A stretch of DNA of 52,094 nt, taken from IMG/VR virus record IMGVR_UViG_3300042923_000131, positions 1 through 52,094 of that record. The stretch is one strand, 5' to 3'. Made by a program: the position numbers and the translations under genes. Below, in pieces: positions 8,238 to 17,640 of this stretch (its first letter is position 1; the number at the start of each line of letters is the position of its first letter). Under the pieces are notes generated by a model. The model was not told the origin of the DNA. It did no database searches and saw only the letters and a list, made by a program, of their open reading frames with translations. Source of the DNA: a virus. Its lineage: Duplodnaviria > Caudoviricetes.

Positions 8238-8311
8238 GCAAGTGTAGTTCAATAGCAGAACAATGGCTTTCCAAGTCGCAGACGGTAGTTCGATTCTATC
8301 CACTTGCTCCA
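8238..8311 (+). tRNA. tRNA-Gly(TCC), atypical
   Basis: Acceptor GCAAGTG/CACTTGC, discriminator T, encoded CCA; D stem GTTC/GAAC; loop TTTCCAA; T arm GGTAG-TTCGATT-CTATC; 74 nt. Confidence 0.85.
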
Positions 8312-8342
8312 ATAAATAATTTAAAAATAAAAGCAAAAACAC

Positions 8343-8371
8343 TTTACAAAGCAAAGCATTCGTGATATAAT
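8343..8371 (+). promoter_or_regulatory. Sigma-A-type early promoter
   Basis: TTTACA-N17-TATAAT, TG extension; leader CACTTAGGAGAGTG. Confidence 0.8.
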
Positions 8372-8415
8372 GATTGTACAGAAACAAACAAATAACACTT
8401 AGGAGAGTGGAGAAT

Positions 8416-8574
8416 ATGAAATTAACAAGAGAAGAAAGAATAAAAGCAGTATTAGAAGAAACATTGGCTCAAATAGTTGTAATGGTTGAAATGGAAGCAG
8501 ATAATGAAGCTATAACATTTTATAACAATACACAATTACAAGCTATAATGTTAATAGCTCAGGAGGGCGAATAA
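8416..8574 (+). CDS. Small hypothetical protein
   Basis: ATG 8416 after the conserved leader/SD. Confidence 0.65.
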   Translation: MKLTREERIKAVLEETLAQIVVMVEMEADNEAITFYNNTQLQAIMLIAQEGE

Positions 8575-8849
8575 TGAGCAAGATGTTAGTATGGAATAAA
8601 GATAAGAATGGATTTGAAATAAAAGAGCAAGAAGAAGTATATGGCGATAAAACTAAAGTATTTAAAATAGTAGAAGGCTTTTGGATGAGTGAAGAAGAAT
8701 TGATATCAGCTTTTAATAAAGAAGGATATGAAGTTTTACTTGTAGAAGATGAAAGAATAGTAGTTTGTGGAAATGAAGAAGAAGATACGGATTTTGAATT
8801 GGAATTTGAATTAGTAAGAGCAAATAAAACAATAACAGTAAAATACTAA
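8574..8849 (+). CDS. Small acidic hypothetical protein
   Basis: Coupled TAATG, SD AGGAGG. Confidence 0.7.
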   Translation: MSKMLVWNKDKNGFEIKEQEEVYGDKTKVFKIVEGFWMSEEELISAFNKEGYEVLLVEDERIVVCGNEEEDTDFELEFELVRANKTITVKY

Positions 8850-8861
8850 GGAGAGTGTATA

Positions 8862-9530
8862 ATGAGAAAATTTATAAATACAACTACTGGAATAATAAAA
8901 ACAGAAGAAGAACTTAAAAAAGAATTTGCAGAAGAAGTGGAAATAGAAATAACAGAAAGCGAAGACCCTATATTATTTAAAAAAGAACTTGAAGCACATA
9001 TACAGACAATGATTATGCTAGATATAATTACAGAAGTAACAAGAAGATTCTTAGCAGCAGATGATGAAGTATATAGTTTAGAAGAATTAAAAGAAGAACA
9101 ATTTGAAAGTGAGTATAATGAGTATAAACATTTAGGATTTGAGAAGTGGATTATAGAAGCTACAAAGCAAGAGTTCATAATAGAAATAACAGATATGATT
9201 GCTTTGCAAAATGAAATACTAAAAGAATTTAAGAAAAGAGGTTATAAACCTTTAGACGATAATGAAGACGCAATGACAGTATATCTAAAACAAAGTTTAG
9301 AAGCTGATTCAAGTTATACTATACAACAATATGTTATAGATACGATAGACAATTTTCCAGATGATATAGAATTAATAGCAGAAGTAGTAGAACCAATAGA
9401 ACTAGATGAAACAGATATACAAGCAGAAAGATATGAAGTAGAGGAAGAAGAAATAGATTATGATGAGATAATAAAGCAATACAGTGATGAAGATTTATTA
9501 AATGAAATACAAAGAAGAATAAACAATTAA
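8862..9530 (+). CDS. Highly acidic hypothetical protein
   Basis: SD AAGGAG; very E/D-rich. Confidence 0.7.
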   Translation: MRKFINTTTGIIKTEEELKKEFAEEVEIEITESEDPILFKKELEAHIQTMIMLDIITEVTRRFLAADDEVYSLEELKEEQFESEYNEYKHLGFEKWIIEATKQEFIIEITDMIALQNEILKEFKKRGYKPLDDNEDAMTVYLKQSLEADSSYTIQQYVIDTIDNFPDDIELIAEVVEPIELDETDIQAERYEVEEEEIDYDEIIKQYSDEDLLNEIQRRINN

Positions 9531-9583
9531 AATAAAAAAAGGAATCTTGAATAACTTATAGCAAGTAGTTCCTTAACAAAAAT

Positions 9584-9627
9584 AAGAAAAGGGAATCCTA
9601 GTCAGTAGACTGGGTTTTTCTTGGTTT
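9584..9627 (+). terminator. Rho-independent terminator ending the early region
   Basis: CCTAGTC-AGTA-GACTGGG followed by TTTTTCTT. Confidence 0.65.
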
Positions 9628-9683
9628 AAAGGAATGTGATAATATGAAAAGCAATCGATAAAGTAAAAGAAGGTGGACAGAAA

Positions 9684-10265
9684 GTGGGTAAGAAAAATAA
9701 TTCAAAAGTAGATGAATGGTTAGAGGAAGAGAAGCTTTTATTATTACAATGTTGGGCTAGAGATTATACCAACGAAGACATAGCAGATAAGATTGGAATA
9801 GGAACACCAACATTATGGAAATGGAGAAAAGAGTTTCCACAGATTGAAGAAGCCTTAAAGATAGGCAGAGAGATAGTAGATTATAAAGTAGAGAATGCAT
9901 TATTAAAAATAGCTCTAGGATTTAAAACCACAGAAGTAAAGACAATCATTAACGGTGACCAAGATGAGAAAGGTAATAGGAAAGTAAGAATAGAAAAGAC
10001 AGAGAAAGAGATTACTCCTAATGTAACTGCAATACTTGCTTGGCTTAATAACAGAAAATCAGATGATTGGAAAAGAAACAGAGATAACGTTATGGAGTTG
10101 AACGATAATGATTCTAACATAACAGTAAATATAGTAAGACATAATGATGAAGTAGCAAAGCAAAAGGTACTGGATAATAATGTAAAAGATAAAAAAGGAA
10201 AAACTAAAAAGGCTGATATAGATATAGAAGCTGATTGGGATGCAGACGATTGGGATAAGGAATAA
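9684..10265 (+). CDS. terS: Terminase small subunit
   Basis: HTH EDIADKIGIGTPTLWKW, VENALLKIALG, PNVTAILAWLNNR; directly upstream of TerL. Confidence 0.8.
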   Translation: MGKKNNSKVDEWLEEEKLLLLQCWARDYTNEDIADKIGIGTPTLWKWRKEFPQIEEALKIGREIVDYKVENALLKIALGFKTTEVKTIINGDQDEKGNRKVRIEKTEKEITPNVTAILAWLNNRKSDDWKRNRDNVMELNDNDSNITVNIVRHNDEVAKQKVLDNNVKDKKGKTKKADIDIEADWDADDWDKE

Positions 10266-10270
10266 AGCTT

Positions 10271-11623
10271 ATGGAAATAAAGAAAGAAGTAACCGATAGG
10301 TTTGCAGACTTTATATTCGACTTTGATTATGAGCAGTATATGCTAGTAGGTGGTTATGGTTCAGGTAAATCATATCAAGTAGGATTAAAGCTTATATTAA
10401 AATGTCTACAAGAGAAACGTAAAGTATTAGTAGTAAGAGAAGTATATAGCACAATCAAAGAAAGCTGTTATGACTTACTATTAGAGATACTAACTGATAT
10501 GGATTTATTAGCTAACATGGAATCACGTAAAGATAGAAAGACAAAAGTACAAAGTAGAAAAGCACCATTAGAATTTATATTTCCAAATGGTAGTAGAATA
10601 ATATTTAGAGGTATGGATGAGCCTGCCAAAGTAAAGTCAATCAATGACGTATCTATAGTATGGTTAGAGGAATGCTCAGAAATAAAATATGATGCTTATA
10701 AAGAATTACTTGGTAGAATAAGAACTCCTAATATAAGCTTACATTTTATACTATCATGTAATCCAGTAGGAAAAGATAATTGGGTATATCAACATTTCTT
10801 TAAACGTTTAGATAACGAAGGCAATGAAGACGTAATATTAGATGATGAAAAACTATATGTGAAGAAAACCATAATAGTTAATGGAGTATACTATCATCAC
10901 TCAACACCAGACGATAATCCATTCTTGCCTAAAGAATACTTAGCTAGATTAGATGATATACAGAATTATGACTATCCATTATATAGAGTAGCTCGTCATG
11001 GTAGATTTGGAGCTAACGGTACTAGAGTATTACCACAGTTCACAGTTGCTTTAAATGCTAAAAGATTTAGAAACGATGTTAAAGCTATTCCTCAGCAACA
11101 TCATTATTATGGTTTTGACTTTGGATTCGAATCATCATATAATGCAGTAGTAAGTATGGCAGTAGATACAAAGAATAAGTATTTATACATATACGATGAA
11201 ATCTATGTAAACCATATAACAGATGATAAAATGGTAGAGAGAAAAGATATGAAAGATTTTAAAAAGAAACAAGAATCAACTGAGAATATAAACTATCTAG
11301 TAGCAGATAATGAAGACCCTAAAGCTATTAGTTATTATAGACAATCAGGCTTTAAGATAAGAGGTTGCAGAAACAAGTTCGCAGGCTCAAGACTCAGTAA
11401 TACAAGGAAGATAAAAAGATTCAAGAAGATTATATGTAGTCCTAAATGCAAGAATGTAATAAGAGAACTAAGAGACTTAACATATAAGAAGGATAAACAA
11501 GGTAGAGTAATATATGACGATTTCAATATTGACCCTCATACATTCAGTGCAATATGGTATGGGTTAGATACTTATATAGTAGCAGACTTAAAAGATAGAA
11601 AGATTAACAGTAAAGCAGGTTAA
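10271..11623 (+). CDS. terL: Terminase large subunit (PBSX/SPP1-like)
   Basis: Walker A GGYGSGKS, Walker B VWLEE, SCNP, nuclease YGFDFG, DPHTFSAIWYG. Confidence 0.92.
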   Translation: MEIKKEVTDRFADFIFDFDYEQYMLVGGYGSGKSYQVGLKLILKCLQEKRKVLVVREVYSTIKESCYDLLLEILTDMDLLANMESRKDRKTKVQSRKAPLEFIFPNGSRIIFRGMDEPAKVKSINDVSIVWLEECSEIKYDAYKELLGRIRTPNISLHFILSCNPVGKDNWVYQHFFKRLDNEGNEDVILDDEKLYVKKTIIVNGVYYHHSTPDDNPFLPKEYLARLDDIQNYDYPLYRVARHGRFGANGTRVLPQFTVALNAKRFRNDVKAIPQQHHYYGFDFGFESSYNAVVSMAVDTKNKYLYIYDEIYVNHITDDKMVERKDMKDFKKKQESTENINYLVADNEDPKAISYYRQSGFKIRGCRNKFAGSRLSNTRKIKRFKKIICSPKCKNVIRELRDLTYKKDKQGRVIYDDFNIDPHTFSAIWYGLDTYIVADLKDRKINSKAG

Positions 11624-11709
11624 CTATAATCTTTATAAGGAAGTGGTCAATATCTCCCTGTGAGCTTGGGTTAAAGCTCAACAAATAGATTATAAGGAGA
11701 ATGATATAA

Positions 11710-12006
11710 ATGGCAAGTAAAGATATAAACGCAAATGTAACAGTAACTACAACTGTAAAGAAGAAAGTAGATTGGGTTGGTAAATTAACAAGTAGAAAGT
11801 TCTGGGGTGCAGTAACTGGATTTACTACAAGTCTTATGTATTTATTGAATGTAGCAGACACAGAAGCAACTAAGATTACAGCATTGATTATGGCAGGAGC
11901 ATCACTGATAGCTTATATGATAGGTGAGGGTTTAGCAGACTCAAATAAACAGAACTTAAATACAGGAATAGTAGAGCTAGAACAAACAGAAGAAGGTGAA
12001 GAATAA
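11710..12006 (+). CDS. Holin
   Basis: KLTSRKFW motif, two TM segments, AYMIGEGLAD; coupled to amidase. Confidence 0.75.
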   Translation: MASKDINANVTVTTTVKKKVDWVGKLTSRKFWGAVTGFTTSLMYLLNVADTEATKITALIMAGASLIAYMIGEGLADSNKQNLNTGIVELEQTEEGEE

Positions 12007-12953
12007 TGTTAAAGCTATTATCATACGCAGGTCATGGTGGTAAAGATGGTGGCTCGTCTTCTAATGGAGTATTAGAGAAAAACCTAACATTAGATTTAGA
12101 TGCAAGATTCTCAGAGTTAATGAGTAGGCAAGCTAATGTAAGTGTTATTAGAGGTAGAACAACAGATGTATATACAGAGTCTAATGCTAGAGCAGCTAAA
12201 GTAAAGAGCTCAGGAGTTGATATATGTATAGACCATCATGTTAATAGTAACGCAGGTACGCCGGGTAAAGGAGCAGAAGTTCTAGTGTCTGTAAAAAGTA
12301 AAGGTGTTCTAGGAAAGCTTATATTAGAAGAATTAGTTAAACTTGATGGTATGGTTTCAAGAGGTATTAAACAAAAATATAATAGTAGTGGTGGAGATTA
12401 TTATTATATGCATAGACAGACAGGCTCAGTAGAAACAGTAATCATTGAGTATGGCTTCATTAATAATGATGAAGATAGAAATAGACTCTTACAAGAAGAC
12501 TACAGACAACAGTGTGCACAAGCCGTAGTCAACGCTGTATTGAGATATAAGAACTTAAGTAGTACAGAAACTAATCAAACAATAGAGACTCCTATATCTA
12601 ATCCTACTCAGTCTCAGCCAACTATAGATAAGCCAACTATAGCTGATATTCAGTCAAGATTCAATATGTTGTTAAGAGGTAAAGTAACTGCGTTAGATGT
12701 AGATGGAAAACCTGGGCCACTTACAAGAGTATCAGCTAAGAAAGTAATATTGAAAGACTATACAAATAATATAGCAGTAACATGGGTACAAAGAGTTCTC
12801 AAATACTTAGGCTTATATAATGGAGACATAGATGCTAAATATGGACCTAAGACAGCAAGTGCAATAAGACAATTCCAAACGAATTATAATTTATTAGTAG
12901 ATGGCAAAACAGGTTCTCAAACTTGGGGTAAGCTATTCGATTTAATGTCTTAA
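12006..12953 (+). CDS. Endolysin: N-acetylmuramoyl-L-alanine amidase (Amidase_3) with PG-binding domains
   Basis: AGHGGKDGG, EKNLTL, HHVNS, IIEYGFINN; C-terminal DGKPGPLT and DAKYGPKT..IRQFQ..LLVDGKTGSQTW. Confidence 0.9.
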   Translation: MLKLLSYAGHGGKDGGSSSNGVLEKNLTLDLDARFSELMSRQANVSVIRGRTTDVYTESNARAAKVKSSGVDICIDHHVNSNAGTPGKGAEVLVSVKSKGVLGKLILEELVKLDGMVSRGIKQKYNSSGGDYYYMHRQTGSVETVIIEYGFINNDEDRNRLLQEDYRQQCAQAVVNAVLRYKNLSSTETNQTIETPISNPTQSQPTIDKPTIADIQSRFNMLLRGKVTALDVDGKPGPLTRVSAKKVILKDYTNNIAVTWVQRVLKYLGLYNGDIDAKYGPKTASAIRQFQTNYNLLVDGKTGSQTWGKLFDLMS

Positions 12954-12971
12954 TAGAAAGATGGTGTAAAC

Positions 12972-14627
12972 ATGGCAAATGAAACAAATCCAACGATACA
13001 AAATAATAAAGGTAATGTAACTGTATTCTCAGCATATAACAAGATACCGTATGCTATACTTAACTCAGAAGTGGATGGTTCAGCAACAGAAGTATTAAGA
13101 GAAATGGGTGAGATACAAAAACTCTACAGTGTATATAAAAAAGGTATGGCGTTTACACCAGAAGGAAGTGGTGGACATTATTTGCCGGCTGACTTAAGAT
13201 ATAAGAAGACTGCAACTTTGATAAATAAAGAAGCAAGATTCTTATTCTGTGAAATGCCAGATATTAAAATAAAGCCTCAAGGTAATGTAGAGAAGACAAC
13301 AGATGATGCAAAAGATAATGTACAAAGAATGCAAAGTTTAGTGAATAAAATTCTTAAAGAGAATAAGTTTGAAAGTATTCTTTTAAAAGCAGCAAGAGAT
13401 TGTTTCATAGGCAAGAGAGTTGCTTTAGTAGCTAATTTTAATGAAGAGTTTGGAGTTACTGTAAGCTTCTTGCCTAGTCTTAATTTTGTATATGAGACTA
13501 GAATGGATAACACAGAAATATTAACAAAGTTTGTATGCTTTACTACTGTGAAGAATAAAGTTGCTTTAGATGAAAGACGAATCTTTAAAAAGAAGTATAT
13601 ATTACTTTATGAAAAAGATGAAGAAACTGGTGATGAATCAGCTAAACCAGTATGCTACATTGAAGAAGGACTTTATGACGGTAGAGGAGTATTAGTAGAA
13701 GAGGTAACACCTTTGCAGCCAACTCTTTTAGATAGAATACCGGTATCTATTATAGTTAATGATGGATTAACTGGTGAAGTTAAAGGAGAGTCAGAAGTAG
13801 AACTTTTAAGTGACTATGAAAAGTGGTTTAGTAGACTCAGTAATGCAGATATAGATAGTGAACGTAAGAATATGAATCCAGTAAAATATACAGTAGACAT
13901 GGACACAAACTCTACTAAGTCGTTAAGCACATCACCGGGTTCTTTTTGGGATTTACTATCAGACCAAAATCTTGACCATGGAAATCCATCAGCAGGAATC
14001 TTGGAAAGTAGTATGTCTTATAGTCAAGCTTTATCAACTACTCTACAGAGAATAAAAGCTTCAATGCATGAAGAAGTAGATATACCAGATATAAGTCTTG
14101 AAAGTATGGCGGGAGTAATAACGTCAGGTAAAGCACTCAAAGCTATATACTGGCCATTAATAGTAAGATGTAAAGAGAAGATGAAAGTATGGGGCCCAGC
14201 TATAGAATATATAATTAAGATAATTATAGAAGGTGCTATGTTATATCCAGATACTATTAAAAAGTATACAGAGGAAGTATTTTTCCCATCAGATTATGAA
14301 ATAAATATTGAAGTTAATTATCCATTACCAGAAGATGAAATAGAAGAGAAAGAAATTGATTTAGCAGAAGTATCAGCACAAACTCTATCTAAGAAATCTT
14401 ATATGAAGAAATGGAGATTGTTGACAGACTCAGAAGCAGATGAAGAACTTGAGCAGATTGCTTTAGAGTTGTCTATGCTTGAAATGGGTACAAGTGGTTT
14501 AGGTGGAGAAACAGAAGTTCAGATGGATGATGATTTGAGTACTCCTGTGGAGACTATAGATGATGAGCAACAGATAGATGAACCAGAAGATATAGAAGAA
14601 GACACAAAAAAAGAAGTCATTGAATAG
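12972..14627 (+). CDS. Portal protein (SPP1 gp6-like)
   Basis: 551 aa, position, GESEVELL, SGKALK, YPLPEDE, acidic tail. Confidence 0.85.
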   Translation: MANETNPTIQNNKGNVTVFSAYNKIPYAILNSEVDGSATEVLREMGEIQKLYSVYKKGMAFTPEGSGGHYLPADLRYKKTATLINKEARFLFCEMPDIKIKPQGNVEKTTDDAKDNVQRMQSLVNKILKENKFESILLKAARDCFIGKRVALVANFNEEFGVTVSFLPSLNFVYETRMDNTEILTKFVCFTTVKNKVALDERRIFKKKYILLYEKDEETGDESAKPVCYIEEGLYDGRGVLVEEVTPLQPTLLDRIPVSIIVNDGLTGEVKGESEVELLSDYEKWFSRLSNADIDSERKNMNPVKYTVDMDTNSTKSLSTSPGSFWDLLSDQNLDHGNPSAGILESSMSYSQALSTTLQRIKASMHEEVDIPDISLESMAGVITSGKALKAIYWPLIVRCKEKMKVWGPAIEYIIKIIIEGAMLYPDTIKKYTEEVFFPSDYEINIEVNYPLPEDEIEEKEIDLAEVSAQTLSKKSYMKKWRLLTDSEADEELEQIALELSMLEMGTSGLGGETEVQMDDDLSTPVETIDDEQQIDEPEDIEEDTKKEVIE

Positions 14628-14639
14628 GCGGTGTTTTGA

Positions 14640-15548
14640 GTGGCTGAGTTGAATCTAAAAAAAGCTGAAAAGATGAAAGATGAACTTACAAAGAAGCAGC
14701 AGATTAAGATAAGAAATTTATACAAAGAAGCAGCAAGAGAAGTAGGTAAAGAAGCAAGAGCATTGAAGAATATTAAGTCTGGTTCAAAAGTTATAGAAAG
14801 AGCTAGACTTTATGATTTAGAGAGAAAGATAAGAAAGCAAATAAAAATCATATCATGGGAAATAGAGACAGGAATTAAGAGTGATATGTATGGATTATCA
14901 AGAGTAATAGCGGAAGAGAATGAAGGTTTTATTAATAAGATTGGTATAAAAGAAACTGGCTTATTCTCAGGAGTTCCAGACTCAGTAGTTAAAGCTATCT
15001 CATCAGGTAAAGTGTATAATAGTGGATGGAGTTTATCAAGTAGAATATGGTCAATAGAAGAAAAGACTTTAAAAGATATTCACTCAGTAATAGCTAAAGG
15101 ACTTATAGAGAATAAAAGTTCTTATGATATAGCCAAAGATTTAGAAAAATATGTAGACCCAAAAGCTAAGAAAGATTGGTCATGGAGTAAAGTATATCCG
15201 AACACTAACAAAGTAGTTGATTTCAATGCACAAAGATTAGCAAGAACATTAATTCAACATTCATATCAACAAGCTTTTGTAGAGACAACTTATTATAATC
15301 CGTTCATCACAGGATATCAATGGATAAGTGAATTGATACATGATAGAACTTGTGACGTATGTAGACAAAGACATTTAGAGATATTTGATAAAGATAGTTT
15401 ACCACTTGACCATCCAATGGGATTATGTAACGTAATAGCAGTCATTCCTGATTCTCTACAAAATATAGCTAGTAAGATAGGAGATTGGAGTAATAGTCCA
15501 ACAGGAACATATCCAGATATAGATATTTGGAGTAAACATATGAGATAA
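14640..15548 (+). CDS. Minor head morphogenesis protein (SPP1 gp7/Mu F-like)
   Basis: LSSRIW, AQRLART, RTCDVC, PLDHPMGLC. Confidence 0.85.
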   Translation: MAELNLKKAEKMKDELTKKQQIKIRNLYKEAAREVGKEARALKNIKSGSKVIERARLYDLERKIRKQIKIISWEIETGIKSDMYGLSRVIAEENEGFINKIGIKETGLFSGVPDSVVKAISSGKVYNSGWSLSSRIWSIEEKTLKDIHSVIAKGLIENKSSYDIAKDLEKYVDPKAKKDWSWSKVYPNTNKVVDFNAQRLARTLIQHSYQQAFVETTYYNPFITGYQWISELIHDRTCDVCRQRHLEIFDKDSLPLDHPMGLCNVIAVIPDSLQNIASKIGDWSNSPTGTYPDIDIWSKHMR

Positions 15549-15577
15549 AAATAAATAGTAAATAATTAAAATAAAAG

Positions 15578-15606
15578 TTGTACTATTTATATATATATGT
15601 TATAAT
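15578..15606 (+). promoter_or_regulatory. Sigma-A-type promoter inside the head operon
   Basis: TTGTAC-N17-TATAAT, TG extension; leader ACTTAGGAGAGTG. Confidence 0.65.
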
Positions 15607-15646
15607 AATAGTAGATACAAAAACAAATTACTTAGGAGAGTGGATA

Positions 15647-16048
15647 ATGAAATTAAAAGTAAGCTGCACAAACTGTAGTAAATTATTTAGTGTCTCATCT
15701 GACAATGTCAATGTTACAAAATGCTATACTGCAAAATATGGAGAATCTTTAACGATTACAAGTTATGATTGTGAAACGTGTGGATTTAAACATATAGTGC
15801 AAATAGACAATAAAGTAACATCAGAACTTTTCGCTAAAACAGTAGTGATGATGAAACAAAAATTAACATTAAGCAAACTCGGACGAGACGTTTCTACTAA
15901 GCAAAAACAAGAGTTCAAAGATTTAAGAAATATCTTAACAGCTATCAGAACAGAATTAATGATAAAGTTTAACGGAACAGATGTGAGAAGAGAGGATGGC
16001 ACAGTGTTCAAGCTTAAATGTCAAATGGGTTTTGTAGATGAAAAATAA
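15647..16048 (+). CDS. Zn-ribbon protein (paralog 1)
   Basis: ATG 15647 after SD; CTNC...CETC then helical tail. Confidence 0.7.
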   Translation: MKLKVSCTNCSKLFSVSSDNVNVTKCYTAKYGESLTITSYDCETCGFKHIVQIDNKVTSELFAKTVVMMKQKLTLSKLGRDVSTKQKQEFKDLRNILTAIRTELMIKFNGTDVRREDGTVFKLKCQMGFVDEK

Positions 16049-16424
16049 AAGCAAGAATAAAAAAACAGACATGAAGAAATACCAACAAGCTAAAGACTCA
16101 ATAAAAATAATAGTTTGTGATGAATGCAAACATGAGTTTGAAGCAGATTCTGTAAAGATTAAAAAGTATCACATACAAACAGAAGAAGTATTATCGGTAG
16201 CAAGTTTTAATTGTCCAGAATGTGATAAAGAATATTTAGTAAGTGTAAATAATGAGCAAACAGAATCTTTGATAGAAGAGCTAAGTGTTTTATCTGATAG
16301 CTTAGGAAAAGAAAAGAATGAGATTATTTATAAAGTAAAATACGAAAAAAGAAATAGACTTGTTAAAAGAATCATACAAGAGCAAAATGCTTTAAAGAAA
16401 GTCGTTGACCGATTGCGACAATAA
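16038..16424 (+). CDS. Zn-ribbon protein (paralog 2)
   Basis: CDEC...CPEC, same spacing and downstream pattern as paralog 1. Confidence 0.7.
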   Translation: MKNKSKNKKTDMKKYQQAKDSIKIIVCDECKHEFEADSVKIKKYHIQTEEVLSVASFNCPECDKEYLVSVNNEQTESLIEELSVLSDSLGKEKNEIIYKVKYEKRNRLVKRIIQEQNALKKVVDRLRQ

Positions 16425-16517
16425 ATAATAATGAGGATATCGAACAAACTATAGACCGAGATTTTCGGTCTTATACTATTACCAAATATAAAATGGATAT
16501 AAAAGGAGAATTAGAAA

Positions 16518-17201
16518 ATGAATGATGAAATGCTAAAAATGAATTTACAGATGTTTGCAGAAGACAAAGTAGAAGACAAGACAGAAGATAAGGTAGAAGA
16601 TAAGACAGATGCTAAAGTAGATGGTAAGCCAGAAGATAAAAAAACAGATGCCAAAACTTTTACTCAAGATGAAGTAAGTAGAATGATGTCAAAAGAAAAG
16701 AAACAAGGTAGAAATTCTATTCTAAACGATTTAGGAATAGATGAAAAGAATGCAGACAAAGCATTTGGACAGTTTAAAGCATTTTTACAAGCTCAAAAAA
16801 CTGATGAAGAAAAAGTAGTAGATGAACAAAATTTAGCTAATCAAAAAGTAGTAGAAGCAGAACAGAGAGCTATAAAAGCAGAGATTAAAGCAGAGTCCAT
16901 GGTACTTGGTGCTAAAGCTGATATGGTAGACGATGTAATAGTTTTAGTTGCAGCAAAGATGACAGATGATGCAGATATTAAAACTATAGTTAGTGAAATA
17001 AAGAAAAAATATCCATCTTTTTTCTCAGACTCTAAAATAATCGAAGACCCAAATGAAAAGAAAAAGAAAGTTGGTCAAAAAGGAACAGGAAATAGTATTA
17101 AGAATTTAAAAGATGACAAGAAAGAAGAATCAGATTCTATGGGTTCAAGATTAGCAGCTCAAAGAAAAGGACAAACAAAGAAAACAAAGTATTTCAAATA
17201 A
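16518..17201 (+). CDS. Capsid scaffolding protein
   Basis: KTFTQDEV motif, charged helical body, N-terminal LKMNLQMFA. Confidence 0.8.
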   Translation: MNDEMLKMNLQMFAEDKVEDKTEDKVEDKTDAKVDGKPEDKKTDAKTFTQDEVSRMMSKEKKQGRNSILNDLGIDEKNADKAFGQFKAFLQAQKTDEEKVVDEQNLANQKVVEAEQRAIKAEIKAESMVLGAKADMVDDVIVLVAAKMTDDADIKTIVSEIKKKYPSFFSDSKIIEDPNEKKKKVGQKGTGNSIKNLKDDKKEESDSMGSRLAAQRKGQTKKTKYFK

Positions 17202-17213
17202 GGGAGGATATAA

Positions 17214-17606
17214 ATGTTTAATCAATCAGGTATAAAGAAAACAACAAGCACAGGCCCAGTTCAAATTCTTGCTAATGTTCAGATTCAATATTCTTTAGGA
17301 GTAGTAGTATCAGGAGCAGGAGTTACAGCAGTTGATGGTAGAAAGATAATTAAAGCAGGTACTCCAATCTCAGGAGATATAGATGCAAGAACTACAGCTT
17401 TTACACAAGCAGCTATAGTAGAATTAGAATCAAATGCTGTAGGAGTTTTATTGCATGATATTGATGTAACAGATGGTAACGCAAATGGCACTATGTTAAT
17501 CTTTGGCTTTGTAAACACTAATAGATTAGATACAGTAACAAAGGCGTTGATAACTGCTGAAGTAAAAGAAGCATTAAAAGCAAAAGTAACATTCATTGCA
17601 TGCTAA
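17214..17606 (+). CDS. Head decoration protein
   Basis: GRKIIKAGTP, AVGVLLHDIDVT..G; between scaffold and MCP. Confidence 0.75.
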   Translation: MFNQSGIKKTTSTGPVQILANVQIQYSLGVVVSGAGVTAVDGRKIIKAGTPISGDIDARTTAFTQAAIVELESNAVGVLLHDIDVTDGNANGTMLIFGFVNTNRLDTVTKALITAEVKEALKAKVTFIAC

Positions 17607-17640
17607 TAAAAGAAATTAAAAACTAGGAGGATAAATATTA

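Noticed and set aside
8171-8365. 64-aa + strand ORF
   Set aside because: Overlaps the tRNA-Gly and the next promoter; no SD
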